The notes under the pieces are model-generated. The model was given only the letters and a program-made list of their open reading frames with translations. It was not told the origin of the DNA and did not search any database. Of a stretch of 48,470 bases of DNA, positions 30,467 through 39,351 are shown one piece after another. The stretch comes from Promethearchaeota archaeon (GTDB lineage Archaea; Asgardarchaeota; Lokiarchaeia; Sigyniarchaeales; SOKP01). A program made the translations under genes and the position numbers. Every line of letters begins with the position of its first letter. Within the stretch, counting starts at the first letter, position 1. The stretch lies in contig JBHLOI010000026.1 of the NCBI GenBank assembly GCA_048940645.1, positions 1-48,470 on the forward strand, read 5' to 3'.

Positions 30467-32614
30467 TTACATATCATGTTTATGTGCCTTTAATTTAACC
30501 GTTAAATCACGAGCTCTCTTTGAATACCAAATCAATAGCTCCCCCGCATCTTCTGGTTCAAAATACTCTCCACCGCATAATGAAGCAGCACGGATCATCA
30601 ATTCACGATCAGGATTCCCAAGTCCTACGATATAAATAACTACGTTTGGATTTTCTGCAAAGAGCTTAACTGATTTAAAGAAGTCATCACCATCGGTGGG
30701 AACTCCATCTGTGAGGAGAACAACCATAGTAGGTTGATCGGGGTTAATTTTATCAAATTCTGTAAGAACTTGGTGCGCTTTTGCCATTGCTGATCCCATA
30801 TTAGTTGCCTGACCATAAGCATTTCCAATACGGTCTACAATCATGCGTGCTGCATCTTCAAGCACACCTTTTTTTCCACTGGCAGAGTCCATATAAAAGC
30901 TATCCGTAAACGGTAATATTTGAGCCTCGTCTGCGAATCGTATCACCGAGACTTTTTCTCCAAAACCTCTACCTACTTTTTCACTTAGAAATAAAACTGC
31001 CGCAAACGCCGCAGCTATACGTCTAGGGATGTTAACTCCAGGCTTGAAATGGACAAGAAATTCCTGAATTTCACGTGATTCCATTGCTGCTTTAATTCCT
31101 TCAATAGCAGGGGCGATATTAGTAACAAATACATCTCTGGCCATCATCGAACGGCTGATATCAATTATTAGTATCGCATTGAATGGTATTAGACCAGTTG
31201 GAGTTAAATTTATCGCTGTATTTCCAGTAATTTGAGCAAAAATATCACCAGTTAAATCTGGAACGGTATTTAATAAAGAGCATGCAATATTAACTGCGCT
31301 CCATCTCAACTTAATACCCTTGAAGATGATATAATTGGCTAGCCATCCTTTTAAGGAAGCAACGTTTTGACGTGCTGTGCTAATAATTTCCCACATATTT
31401 TCCCCACTAATAGGAGAGATACCTAGTGCTACATTTTGTAGAGGGATAACTGGACGGAGATTTTTATATACCTTCACTTCAAAACTGCCAATTCCAGAAG
31501 CCTCTAATATTTCACTATCAATAGTAATCGAATTATCCGGAGTGGCTTCAGAGATTTCGACTTTTGCTGCTCCTATTGCTCCGGTAAGCTCATCCTCGAA
31601 AGCCATAATATCATCTGGTATTAATGATAATACATATTGAGTTCTAGGACTTACTAGGCAATATCCTAATAGGTTAGGCTGAGAGTGGACTTCCAGCATA
31701 ATTTCAGATGCTTTTTGGATGGGAGGTTCAGTAGAATATACAACTACTTGCTGGGCATGAATATTGGTATCTTCTTTAGTATTTCTTCCCATTCGTATTT
31801 CAGTAGGACTTATCATAGCTTCGTCAATTCTAGCTGAGCCCATTGATCTAGTTAGTGGGTCTTCCCATGCTACAAGTAAACCAGCACCAAGACCCAATTG
31901 ATGAATAACAGTACTATTAAGTTGTATTCTCCCTCCTTCAATAGTATTATCAACAACAGGTGTTAGGATAATACCTGCCTTTTGACTTTGGAGCATCTTT
32001 ACATCAATTCTATTAGGGTATGGTTCTGCCGTTGGCGCTTGAGGAACTGATGGTTGAGGGGGGATAGATGATGGTGGTGTTGGAGCAGGTGTAGGTTGTG
32101 GAGGTGGAGTGTATGTTGGCTGAGGTGTCGGAGTGGGTTGAGGGGGCGGAGTATATGTTGGTTGAGGTGTTGGAGTGGGTTGAGGGGGTGGAGTCGGCAC
32201 ATACTGGGGGGTAGGAGCTTGAATTGGCTGTGGAGTAGGTTTAGGAGGAGGTGTTGGAAGGGGTGTAAGTCCTGGTTGGGCTTGGGGTTGTTTTTGAGGG
32301 GTTGGTTGCGGAGCAGGTACCTTTGGTATCTGTAATTTAGGAGTTACTAAACCAGTACTACTCATAGGTCTTATTATTAATTCTACTCCACTAAATTGAA
32401 GCTGATCTATGATATTTTTAGAGATTTGAGCTGCAAAATCTAAAACCATATTTGAGACTTCTATAGTGCCTGTAGTTTTCGTATTATTATCTGGATTTTC
32501 TATTTCAACTGATGCACCATTAGATACTCTTAATTTATTTGCATTTTCTTGACATATAACCACTTTTCCAGTGGTGTTTTCATTAACATCAACAAAAATT
32601 TTTAATTCAGACAT
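30467..32614 (-). CDS. Multidomain protein: CDC48-N-like double-psi barrels, Pro-rich linker, C-terminal vWA domain
   Basis: vWA MIDAS motif intact (IIDISRSM, ATNMG, LLTDG). Three repeats such as RIQLNSTVIHQLGLGAGLLVAWEDP. About 100-aa P/T/Q-rich linker. Confidence 0.8.
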   Translation of the reverse strand: MSELKIFVDVNENTTGKVVICQENANKLRVSNGASVEIENPDNNTKTTGTIEVSNMVLDFAAQISKNIIDQLQFSGVELIIRPMSSTGLVTPKLQIPKVPAPQPTPQKQPQAQPGLTPLPTPPPKPTPQPIQAPTPQYVPTPPPQPTPTPQPTYTPPPQPTPTPQPTYTPPPQPTPAPTPPSSIPPQPSVPQAPTAEPYPNRIDVKMLQSQKAGIILTPVVDNTIEGGRIQLNSTVIHQLGLGAGLLVAWEDPLTRSMGSARIDEAMISPTEIRMGRNTKEDTNIHAQQVVVYSTEPPIQKASEIMLEVHSQPNLLGYCLVSPRTQYVLSLIPDDIMAFEDELTGAIGAAKVEISEATPDNSITIDSEILEASGIGSFEVKVYKNLRPVIPLQNVALGISPISGENMWEIISTARQNVASLKGWLANYIIFKGIKLRWSAVNIACSLLNTVPDLTGDIFAQITGNTAINLTPTGLIPFNAILIIDISRSMMARDVFVTNIAPAIEGIKAAMESREIQEFLVHFKPGVNIPRRIAAAFAAVLFLSEKVGRGFGEKVSVIRFADEAQILPFTDSFYMDSASGKKGVLEDAARMIVDRIGNAYGQATNMGSAMAKAHQVLTEFDKINPDQPTMVVLLTDGVPTDGDDFFKSVKLFAENPNVVIYIVGLGNPDRELMIRAASLCGGEYFEPEDAGELLIWYSKRARDLTVKLKAHKHDM
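32086..32211 (-). repeat. Coding tandem repeat, about 3 x 42 bp (PQPTYTPPPQPTPT)
   Basis: Protein reads PQYVPTPPPQPTPT-PQPTYTPPPQPTPT-PQPTYTPPPQPTPA; G-rich repeated DNA on the + strand. Boundaries approximate. Confidence 0.85.
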
Positions 32615-32719
32615 TATCCATCAATAATTTATTATAATCTGATATAAAAATATGTTCTATTTATCTTACTTTTCAAAAATTTATTAATAAACGTAATCTC
32701 AATTTAAAATAACCAAAAA

Positions 32720-33109
32720 TTACATAAGAGGATATCTTTTCGAAATTTCAGCTGAATAATATCGAAACACGGAAACAATTTTCCCTAAATCTTCAACCTT
32801 ACGACTGGCACCCATAAGAAAAAATCGACCTGCTGCACTTAGGATTATAAATGCATTTTCGCCTCTTAATACAACTTCAAGTAGATCTGTATATCCAAGT
32901 GAATCAATAGCATCTTGACCGCTCTGCATTACCACTGCACTTAAGCTAGAAAATAAATCAGGTTCTACTTCATAATCTGGAATGCAAGAAAAAGCGAGTC
33001 TCAGACCATCCCGAGTAACTAACGCGAGGGCTTCTAATTCTGTGTATTCAGTTATACTTCCAAGAAATTTAGATAAGCTGTGAGCTTCTTCTGGGCTTAA
33101 ATCACTCAT
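32720..33109 (-). CDS. Roadblock/LC7 protein
   Basis: LEALALVTRDGLRLA...LFSSLSAVV...LLEVVLRGENAFIIL..DLGKI. Confidence 0.85.
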   Translation of the reverse strand: MSDLSPEEAHSLSKFLGSITEYTELEALALVTRDGLRLAFSCIPDYEVEPDLFSSLSAVVMQSGQDAIDSLGYTDLLEVVLRGENAFIILSAAGRFFLMGASRKVEDLGKIVSVFRYYSAEISKRYPLM

Positions 33110-33253
33110 ATAAATAACTCTGGTTATTTTTTTGAATTAGATATTTTTATATAATTAATAATTAATAAAAACTTCAGACTTAAAAATTTATATTTCTAAT
33201 CCTAACTTTAAGATAGGTTATAAAATTAAAAGCAAAGAGATTAAAAAAAGAAT

Positions 33254-34102
33254 TTATTTTTTGCTTTCTAATTGTGTTTTAATTTGATCTTTTAAAATTT
33301 CTTTTTTAGTTTTATATTCAATGGATTTACCTTCAGGTCCTCCAGCTCGTTTTAAAAATTCAATTGCTAGAATTTTACCATTCTCAGATAATATACGTGG
33401 TGAATAATTTTCAGCAAAAAAAACTCCTTCAGGTACAGTCCCTACTTTAGAAATCTCTTTTGAAATTTCCTTCTTGCCTAAAAATGTTTGAACTTTTTCA
33501 ACAACTGAATAGGCGTGATTGCCAATAATAATCAATTCCCTTTCGAATCCATCAGGTATCTTAATCTCTTCCAGTTTTTGCATAATTTGTTCAAAATTTA
33601 CATGTGTTTCATCCTGCATAAGGGATGCTAAAGATTCTTTACCAGTATAAAGCGGACCAGTATTTTGAGAAGCGCGATCTCTACTTCCTGCTATATTCAT
33701 TCCCTCAGCAGGTCTAGGAGCACCAAAGGGATCTTTTTCCCTTAAAGGATGCACAGCAGGGGCTGCCCTTGTTACTGGTTTTTCATCAACCTTTATTTCT
33801 TTTGCGATTCCACCTTCTGTTTTTCCACCAATCAATTTTAAAAACTCTGCATCTTCCTCACCCTCATCTTGAGGCACAACAGCATAATGCATACCAACTT
33901 GTCCACGTATTTCTTGGCTCCTTTTTGCTCCGATAAATTTCGACCTCACATTACTTTCTACACCTTTCCATAGATACACTTTGCGAACTTCATCTGACAC
34001 TAAGACATAGCATTCTTCGGTTTTTAAGATATCTTTAATGGAACCATCAGTTTTTAGTTCGCTTGTCGTTCCGTCCATATTAATTTTGAAGACTTGTGTC
34101 AT
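33254..34102 (-). CDS. Single gelsolin-domain protein with an additional C-terminal domain (1DGelX-like)
   Basis: LKTEECYVLV...VYLWKGVESNVRSKFIGA...DEGEEDAEFLKLIGG matches the gelsolin repeat consensus. Probable start is ATG at 34102, downstream of GAGGA. Confidence 0.85.
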   Translation of the reverse strand: MTQVFKINMDGTTSELKTDGSIKDILKTEECYVLVSDEVRKVYLWKGVESNVRSKFIGAKRSQEIRGQVGMHYAVVPQDEGEEDAEFLKLIGGKTEGGIAKEIKVDEKPVTRAAPAVHPLREKDPFGAPRPAEGMNIAGSRDRASQNTGPLYTGKESLASLMQDETHVNFEQIMQKLEEIKIPDGFERELIIIGNHAYSVVEKVQTFLGKKEISKEISKVGTVPEGVFFAENYSPRILSENGKILAIEFLKRAGGPEGKSIEYKTKKEILKDQIKTQLESKK

Positions 34103-34257
34103 TTTACTATTCCTCAACCGAGTATCATTATCAATAAAAAAACAAAGATAACTTTTTACTATAATAATAGGTAAAGAATTAATAAATTTTTATCTTCAGA
34201 TATTATTTTGTGTAAATTAATATTGCAAGTAAGAGGTAGAATTTTCTCCCAAAAGAG

Positions 34258-35823
34258 TTAAAATTTTTGTAGTGTTAAAATTGCATTATTTATATTTTCA
34301 ATCATATTCATCGCTGTAAATCGTGGTCCTATGTTCTCTTTGCAGTATTCACCAATATAACCATTTAAAAATGCTGCAGAGCAAGCAGCCTGAAAAATAT
34401 CATTATTGGTGGCTAAAAAAGAACCACAAAGTCCTGCCAAAACATCTCCTGTTCCACCAATTGACATTTCTGGACAACCAGTTCTATTAATCTTTAGTTT
34501 AACACCATCACTAACATAATCATAAGGACCTTTAACTAAAAGAGTCACCTTTAACTTTTTTGCGAGCTTAAAAATCTTTTGCCCTCTTTCTTCAATATCA
34601 TCATAAGGGGGTAAATCTATATTGGTTAGGATTTTTAATTCTCCTTCATGAGGTGTTAAGATAACATCTTCGCTTTTAATCAAATTGAGGTGTTTCTTAA
34701 TTAATTTTAACGCATCTGCATCAAGCACATACTTTTTTTTATTAACTTTTAGATATTCAAGAAGTTGTATCAATAATTTTTCAGTTTCTTCTTCCAAACC
34801 TAAACCTGGACCTATTATCAATGCATTTGACCAATCTATTAAAGATTTTAACTCTTCAAGCGAGCCAACTGTTAACCAATCCCCCGGATTAGTTCTCACA
34901 ATTAAATTTGGAGAATAACTCCTAATCACTTCCCCAACAATTTCAGGAACGTAAGTTATAACTAAATCACAGCCAAAATTAATACATGTAAGGGATGAAT
35001 ATGCAGGTGCTCCAGAATAATTTTTTGACCCTCCAATCACTAATACTCTCCCAAATTGCCCCTTATGATAATCTATTTCTCTAATCTTTAATGTTGGAAG
35101 TAAATCACCCCGACCAACAAATAAAGCAGCTTCTTGAGGAATTCCTATTGATCTAACTAATAATTCATTTATATATTCAGTCTTAGGATGTAAACCAATT
35201 TTAAGTTTATGAAAAGTAATTACTAAATCTGCCTTTATTGCCTTATCCAAAACCTCACCCGTATTAGGATTTAGTCCACTTGGTACGTCAATTGAAATTA
35301 CCTTAACATTCAATTGGTTTCTAACTTCATTGATAAAATCTATTATTGTGGCAGTTGGTTCTCTAACCCTCCCTTTTATTCCAGTGCCTAATAATGCATC
35401 AACAATTACTTTAATATTTTTATCTTGTTCTAACAATATTCCTATTTTTCCAATTTCAGTCGAATCTTTTATTATTTCAACTGTTAATGCAATTTCTAAA
35501 TTATGCCTTATAATCTCCCAATTTAATTTTGCTTCTTCAGTTGTAATTTTTTCAGGATCACCTACTAAAACAACGATGCTTTTTACTCCAAATGAATTCA
35601 AATGACGAGCGACAACAAAACCATCGCCCCCATTATTTCCAGTTCCACAAAATATTAAAACTTTAGAATATGAATCCAAATTAAATTTATTGATGATTTC
35701 TGATGCGAATGAATACCCTGCACATTCCATTAAATGACTTTTGGGAATGCCTAACCACTCAGAGTTATTATCTAAAATTGCCATCTCTTCAGAAGTAATC
35801 CTTTCAGAATTATATCCCTCCAT
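34258..35823 (-). CDS. nnr: Bifunctional NAD(P)HX epimerase/dehydratase
   Basis: LMECAG, GNNGGDG, DALLGTG, DVPSG, HKGQFG, GPGLG, LDADAL, TPHEGE, GGTGDVLAG. Confidence 0.95.
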   Translation of the reverse strand: MEGYNSERITSEEMAILDNNSEWLGIPKSHLMECAGYSFASEIINKFNLDSYSKVLIFCGTGNNGGDGFVVARHLNSFGVKSIVVLVGDPEKITTEEAKLNWEIIRHNLEIALTVEIIKDSTEIGKIGILLEQDKNIKVIVDALLGTGIKGRVREPTATIIDFINEVRNQLNVKVISIDVPSGLNPNTGEVLDKAIKADLVITFHKLKIGLHPKTEYINELLVRSIGIPQEAALFVGRGDLLPTLKIREIDYHKGQFGRVLVIGGSKNYSGAPAYSSLTCINFGCDLVITYVPEIVGEVIRSYSPNLIVRTNPGDWLTVGSLEELKSLIDWSNALIIGPGLGLEEETEKLLIQLLEYLKVNKKKYVLDADALKLIKKHLNLIKSEDVILTPHEGELKILTNIDLPPYDDIEERGQKIFKLAKKLKVTLLVKGPYDYVSDGVKLKINRTGCPEMSIGGTGDVLAGLCGSFLATNNDIFQAACSAAFLNGYIGEYCKENIGPRFTAMNMIENINNAILTLQKF

Positions 35824-35925
35824 AACAATTATTTTAAGTTATAGACATAAAAAAGGATTATCCAAAATTTTTAATCAAAAAAATATTAATCGAAATAAAA
35901 AAAGAAATTTTAACTCTAAAAGAAA

Positions 35926-36378
35926 ATGAATGATTTTAATTTAGGAAAATACAAAATTACTCAATTAGGATATGTATATAGAGATATTAAAATGCATGTA
36001 GATCTCCTAGAATCAACTTTGGGGTTTCCAAAATTTGCATATTTTGAAAACAATGGGGTAATTTATAAATATCGGGGCAAAGATACAAAAATTTGGAACA
36101 AATTAGCTCTAAGTAAAGGTTTTGGCCTTCAAATTGAATTAATTCAAATGATTCGTGGTGAATGCATCTTCAGTGAATTCATTAATGAGGGGAAGGAAGG
36201 CCTACATCATTATGCGATCTTTCTTGATAAGTTAAAACCCGTCAAAGAAAATCTTTTAAGAAAGGGATTTGAGATTGTACATGAGGGAAGTACAGCTACA
36301 GTTAATACTGTACATTTTGATACTACCCATCTTTTAGGAGTATATCTTGAGTTTCAAGAATCTCGTAAAAAGAAGTAA
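35926..36378 (+). CDS. VOC/glyoxalase-family protein (methylmalonyl-CoA epimerase-like)
   Basis: TQLGYVYRD, QIELIQ, EGLHHYA, GVYLEF. Confidence 0.85.
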   Translation: MNDFNLGKYKITQLGYVYRDIKMHVDLLESTLGFPKFAYFENNGVIYKYRGKDTKIWNKLALSKGFGLQIELIQMIRGECIFSEFINEGKEGLHHYAIFLDKLKPVKENLLRKGFEIVHEGSTATVNTVHFDTTHLLGVYLEFQESRKKK

Positions 36379-36426
36379 TAATGTTGGTGTTCTGATTTAA
36401 AATAAAAAAAAAAATAGAAAAATTGA

Positions 36427-36942
36427 TTATTGCCACTTTATCTCTAATGTAGATAATTCTAATCCATTGACATGTTCTGTAGTAGTTTTAATATGAGTTT
36501 TGATGATTTTATACATTTCAAGTATACCCATATATATTCCTTCATAATAAGCAGGAAATCCATCTGAATCTAATTTTATTGTTATAAAATCATCGCCAGA
36601 GTCTAGTATTTGCGTTTTATGCCAATCTTCCTTCCTAAAATCTTCTTTTGGGTCATTCTTAACCGCAAATTTAAGTAATTCTACAGGTTTCTCGAACATT
36701 TCGAGTATTTGAGCAAAATCTTGCCCTTTAGCATTAATCACTTTCTTTCCAAGTACTCTCTGAGCAGGTTCACTCACTTTAGACAAATATTTTTGAAGAT
36801 TTTTAAAATCATACCAACCTTCTTCTGTCATATTATTAGTTTCTGTGTCTAATTCTTTTCTAGCAACTTCTGCAATTTCAGGATTGAACTCATTTAATAA
36901 TCTATCTATCATTAAAATATATCTACCTCTTACTTCTGCTAT
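36427..36942 (-). CDS. V4R/HNOB-like fold protein, paralog A (probable ATA start)
   Basis: AEVRG...EGWY...LGKK...FPAYYEGIYMGIL resembles V4R/heme-NO-binding-like ligand domains. The ORF-track GTG lies inside the GAGGTGA Shine-Dalgarno. Confidence 0.6.
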   Translation of the reverse strand: MAEVRGRYILMIDRLLNEFNPEIAEVARKELDTETNNMTEEGWYDFKNLQKYLSKVSEPAQRVLGKKVINAKGQDFAQILEMFEKPVELLKFAVKNDPKEDFRKEDWHKTQILDSGDDFITIKLDSDGFPAYYEGIYMGILEMYKIIKTHIKTTTEHVNGLELSTLEIKWQ

Positions 36943-37000
36943 AATTATCACCTCTTCAAATTAAATCTAAATTTAGTACATTTAAGCTATAAAAATAATT

Positions 37001-37095
37001 TTGAGCGTGATATTTAAAATCAGGATTTTCAAAAAACTCATATTTAAACTTGGGGTTTTTTTAAATTAATAATAAAAGTTTACAATCTTTTCTTA
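37001..37095 (-). promoter_or_regulatory. Duplicated promoter with two TATA-like boxes 30 bp apart (copy A)
   Basis: Minus strand reads AAAACCCCAAG-TTTAAATA (TATA 37041-37048) and AAAATCCTGAT-TTTAAATA (TATA 37011-37018). Confidence 0.65.
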
Positions 37096-37135
37096 AAAGG
37101 AAAAAAGGGAAAATTTTATTAACTAAAATGATTAC

Positions 37136-37651
37136 TTATTGCCACTTTATTTCTAAAGTGGAAATTTCCAATCCGTCAACATGTTCTGTTTTAGTTTTAA
37201 TATGAGTTCTGATGATTTTACACTTTTCAAGCATACCTAAATATACTCCTTCATAAAATGCTGGAAAACCATCGGAATCCAATTTAAGAGTTACAAAATC
37301 ATCTCCCGCGTCTAATACTTGCGTTTTATACCAGTTTTCCTTTTTAAAATCTTCTTTTGGATCATTTTCAACTGTGAACTTAATTAAATCTACTGGATTT
37401 TCGAAAGATTCAACTATTTCATCAAAAGCCTCGCCTGCGGCATAAACCATTTTTTTTCCCAATACTCGCTGAGCAGGCTCACTCACTTTAAATAAGTAAT
37501 TTCGAAGATTTGCATTACTATACCATCCATCTTCTTTCATTTCAGTAATATCTCTATCAAGTTCTTTTCTAGCGATTTCCGCAATTTCAGGATTGAATTC
37601 ATTTAATAGTTGGTCTACCATTAAAATATATCTACCTCTTACTTCTGCTAT
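37136..37651 (-). CDS. V4R/HNOB-like fold protein, paralog B (probable ATA start)
   Basis: Same length as paralog A and highly similar; AAGGTGA-TAATT-ATA start context. Confidence 0.6.
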   Translation of the reverse strand: MAEVRGRYILMVDQLLNEFNPEIAEIARKELDRDITEMKEDGWYSNANLRNYLFKVSEPAQRVLGKKMVYAAGEAFDEIVESFENPVDLIKFTVENDPKEDFKKENWYKTQVLDAGDDFVTLKLDSDGFPAFYEGVYLGMLEKCKIIRTHIKTKTEHVDGLEISTLEIKWQ

Positions 37652-37705
37652 AATTATCACCTTTATTTAATTAATTTTTTTTTATTTTAAGTTAAAAATG
37701 TAATT

Positions 37706-37798
37706 TTGAAATTCATATTTAAAACTGGGATTTTCCTAAAACTCCTATTTAAGCTTGGGGTTTTTTTAATTAATAAAAGAAAATTGACAATCTTTTCT
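37706..37798 (-). promoter_or_regulatory. Duplicated promoter with two TATA-like boxes 30 bp apart (copy B)
   Basis: Minus strand reads AAAACCCCAAG-CTTAAATA (37746-37753) and AAAATCCCAGT-TTTAAATA (37716-37723). Confidence 0.65.
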
Positions 37799-37821
37799 AA
37801 ATAAAAAATAAAGGAGATATT

Positions 37822-39351
37822 TTACTCAACAAAATATTTTTTAACTAAAAATCCTACATCTTGCCAGTTTTCAATGTCATTACAAGTATTATCGATATCA
37901 TTAATAAGAACCATGTAGGTTGAATCAAATTCTTGAATTAAGGAAGATAATTTACGTTCATAAATAGTAAAGCTCTCTTTTACAATTAGAACAAATATAA
38001 TCTCCTTTGATTTATTTAAGTCAAATATAACCGTGCGATCTCCGTGATCAATTGACTTAATGTGAGTATCTCCTTGAAGAATTGCCTTTAAAATAGTCAT
38101 TAGTCCAATAATTCCACCTGAAATCAAAGATGAATCTCGATATTTCTCCGATCTTTCAAAGGAATAATCAAATAAAGGTATTCCTGATTTGCATATTATA
38201 AAAAGGCTAATTAAATTATCCTTCCATCTCTTAATAGGGATTTGAATTTTAATACACAATTCCTGTGGGATTTTATTGTCATCAATTACTATTTCCCAAT
38301 TATGTAATTTGAATATTTTTTTTGAAAACGAATTTATTATGGGTGTTAATGGGACAATTGACTGTTCTAAACTACAATTAACCTGTATATCTCCAACATT
38401 GTTATCAATTCTCGCTGATATTATAATATCTTTAACCTTATTACTTTCTAATAGATTCATCAATAAATCTTTGAAAGCTTTGTCCATTCGTAATTTATCG
38501 AAAGTTGAATATAGATCCTCACTGATATTCAAGCTAAAATTGACAGGATACGTTTCAAATTCCTTATTTACGAAGTTTATTGACTCGATTAAAACTTGTG
38601 TTAAATTATTAATTTTTTTGTTTAATATCAAATTATCTGACTCTGTTTCAGAAATGTTAACAATTTTTCCAACTAAATTTAAAGAATTTTCGCTACCTTC
38701 TTTAATCAAATCTAATAGATTCAAAGCTTCTTGATCTAAGAATTTCCTATAATCACTAATAAGAATTTCTGATGCATTTGCCATTATATTTAAAGGTGTT
38801 TTTAATTGCTCCGAAGTTTTAGCGGTCATATCTTTTTTTATAGAATTCATTTCCTTTAATCTTAGATTCTCATCTTTAATTATCTTTTCTACGATTTTTT
38901 TTTCGGTTATATCATATAATATAATTTGGATGAACTTTTTTTTTTTAATTTTTATCGAAGAGAAAAACAATTCTATCCAAGTTTTTAAACCCTTTTGATT
39001 GATAAATTCTAATTCAAAAACCTCAGAAAAGTCAATTGAAATTACATTATCGATTATTTCATCAATTCTTAATTTCCTTTCTTCCGTGATAATAAACAGG
39101 TCATAAAAAAATTTCTTTAATAGATTATCTGAAGATTTTTGTAAGTATAGTTCTGTGGCTTTGTTACAATAATATATTTTCTTATTCAGATCTAATAAAA
39201 TGATGGAAAGTGGAAAACAGTCCAATAAAATCTGAAAATTTTCTTCGCTATCAATATTAAGTTCCTGAAAAGATTCTGTCTGTTTATTTACATTAGAGTA
39301 TTTATCAATAGTTACATCACTTTTCATTAAGTATATTGAGATTAATCCCAT
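37822..39351 (-). CDS. PAS + pseudo-histidine kinase (His-less DHp, truncated ATPase) + longin-like domain
   Basis: PAS/PAC present (YCNKAT...IILYDITEKK). H-box reads SEQLKTPL instead of SHELKTPL, and no DxGxG/GxGL boxes. The C-terminal SLFIICKSGIPLFDYSF..SSLISGGIIG..IKSIDHGDRTVIF region is longin-like. Start may be the ATG at 39327. Confidence 0.75.
   Translation of the reverse strand: MGLISIYLMKSDVTIDKYSNVNKQTESFQELNIDSEENFQILLDCFPLSIILLDLNKKIYYCNKATELYLQKSSDNLLKKFFYDLFIITEERKLRIDEIIDNVISIDFSEVFELEFINQKGLKTWIELFFSSIKIKKKKFIQIILYDITEKKIVEKIIKDENLRLKEMNSIKKDMTAKTSEQLKTPLNIMANASEILISDYRKFLDQEALNLLDLIKEGSENSLNLVGKIVNISETESDNLILNKKINNLTQVLIESINFVNKEFETYPVNFSLNISEDLYSTFDKLRMDKAFKDLLMNLLESNKVKDIIISARIDNNVGDIQVNCSLEQSIVPLTPIINSFSKKIFKLHNWEIVIDDNKIPQELCIKIQIPIKRWKDNLISLFIICKSGIPLFDYSFERSEKYRDSSLISGGIIGLMTILKAILQGDTHIKSIDHGDRTVIFDLNKSKEIIFVLIVKESFTIYERKLSSLIQEFDSTYMVLINDIDNTCNDIENWQDVGFLVKKYFVE

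Noticed and set aside
31999-32335. G-rich repeats and the Trp/Arg/Gly-rich ORF as a CRISPR array or separate gene
   Set aside because: Explained by proline codons of the vWA protein linker on the minus strand; no unique spacers and no cas genes.
34685-35929. Three plus-strand ORFs
   Set aside because: Antisense to nnr.
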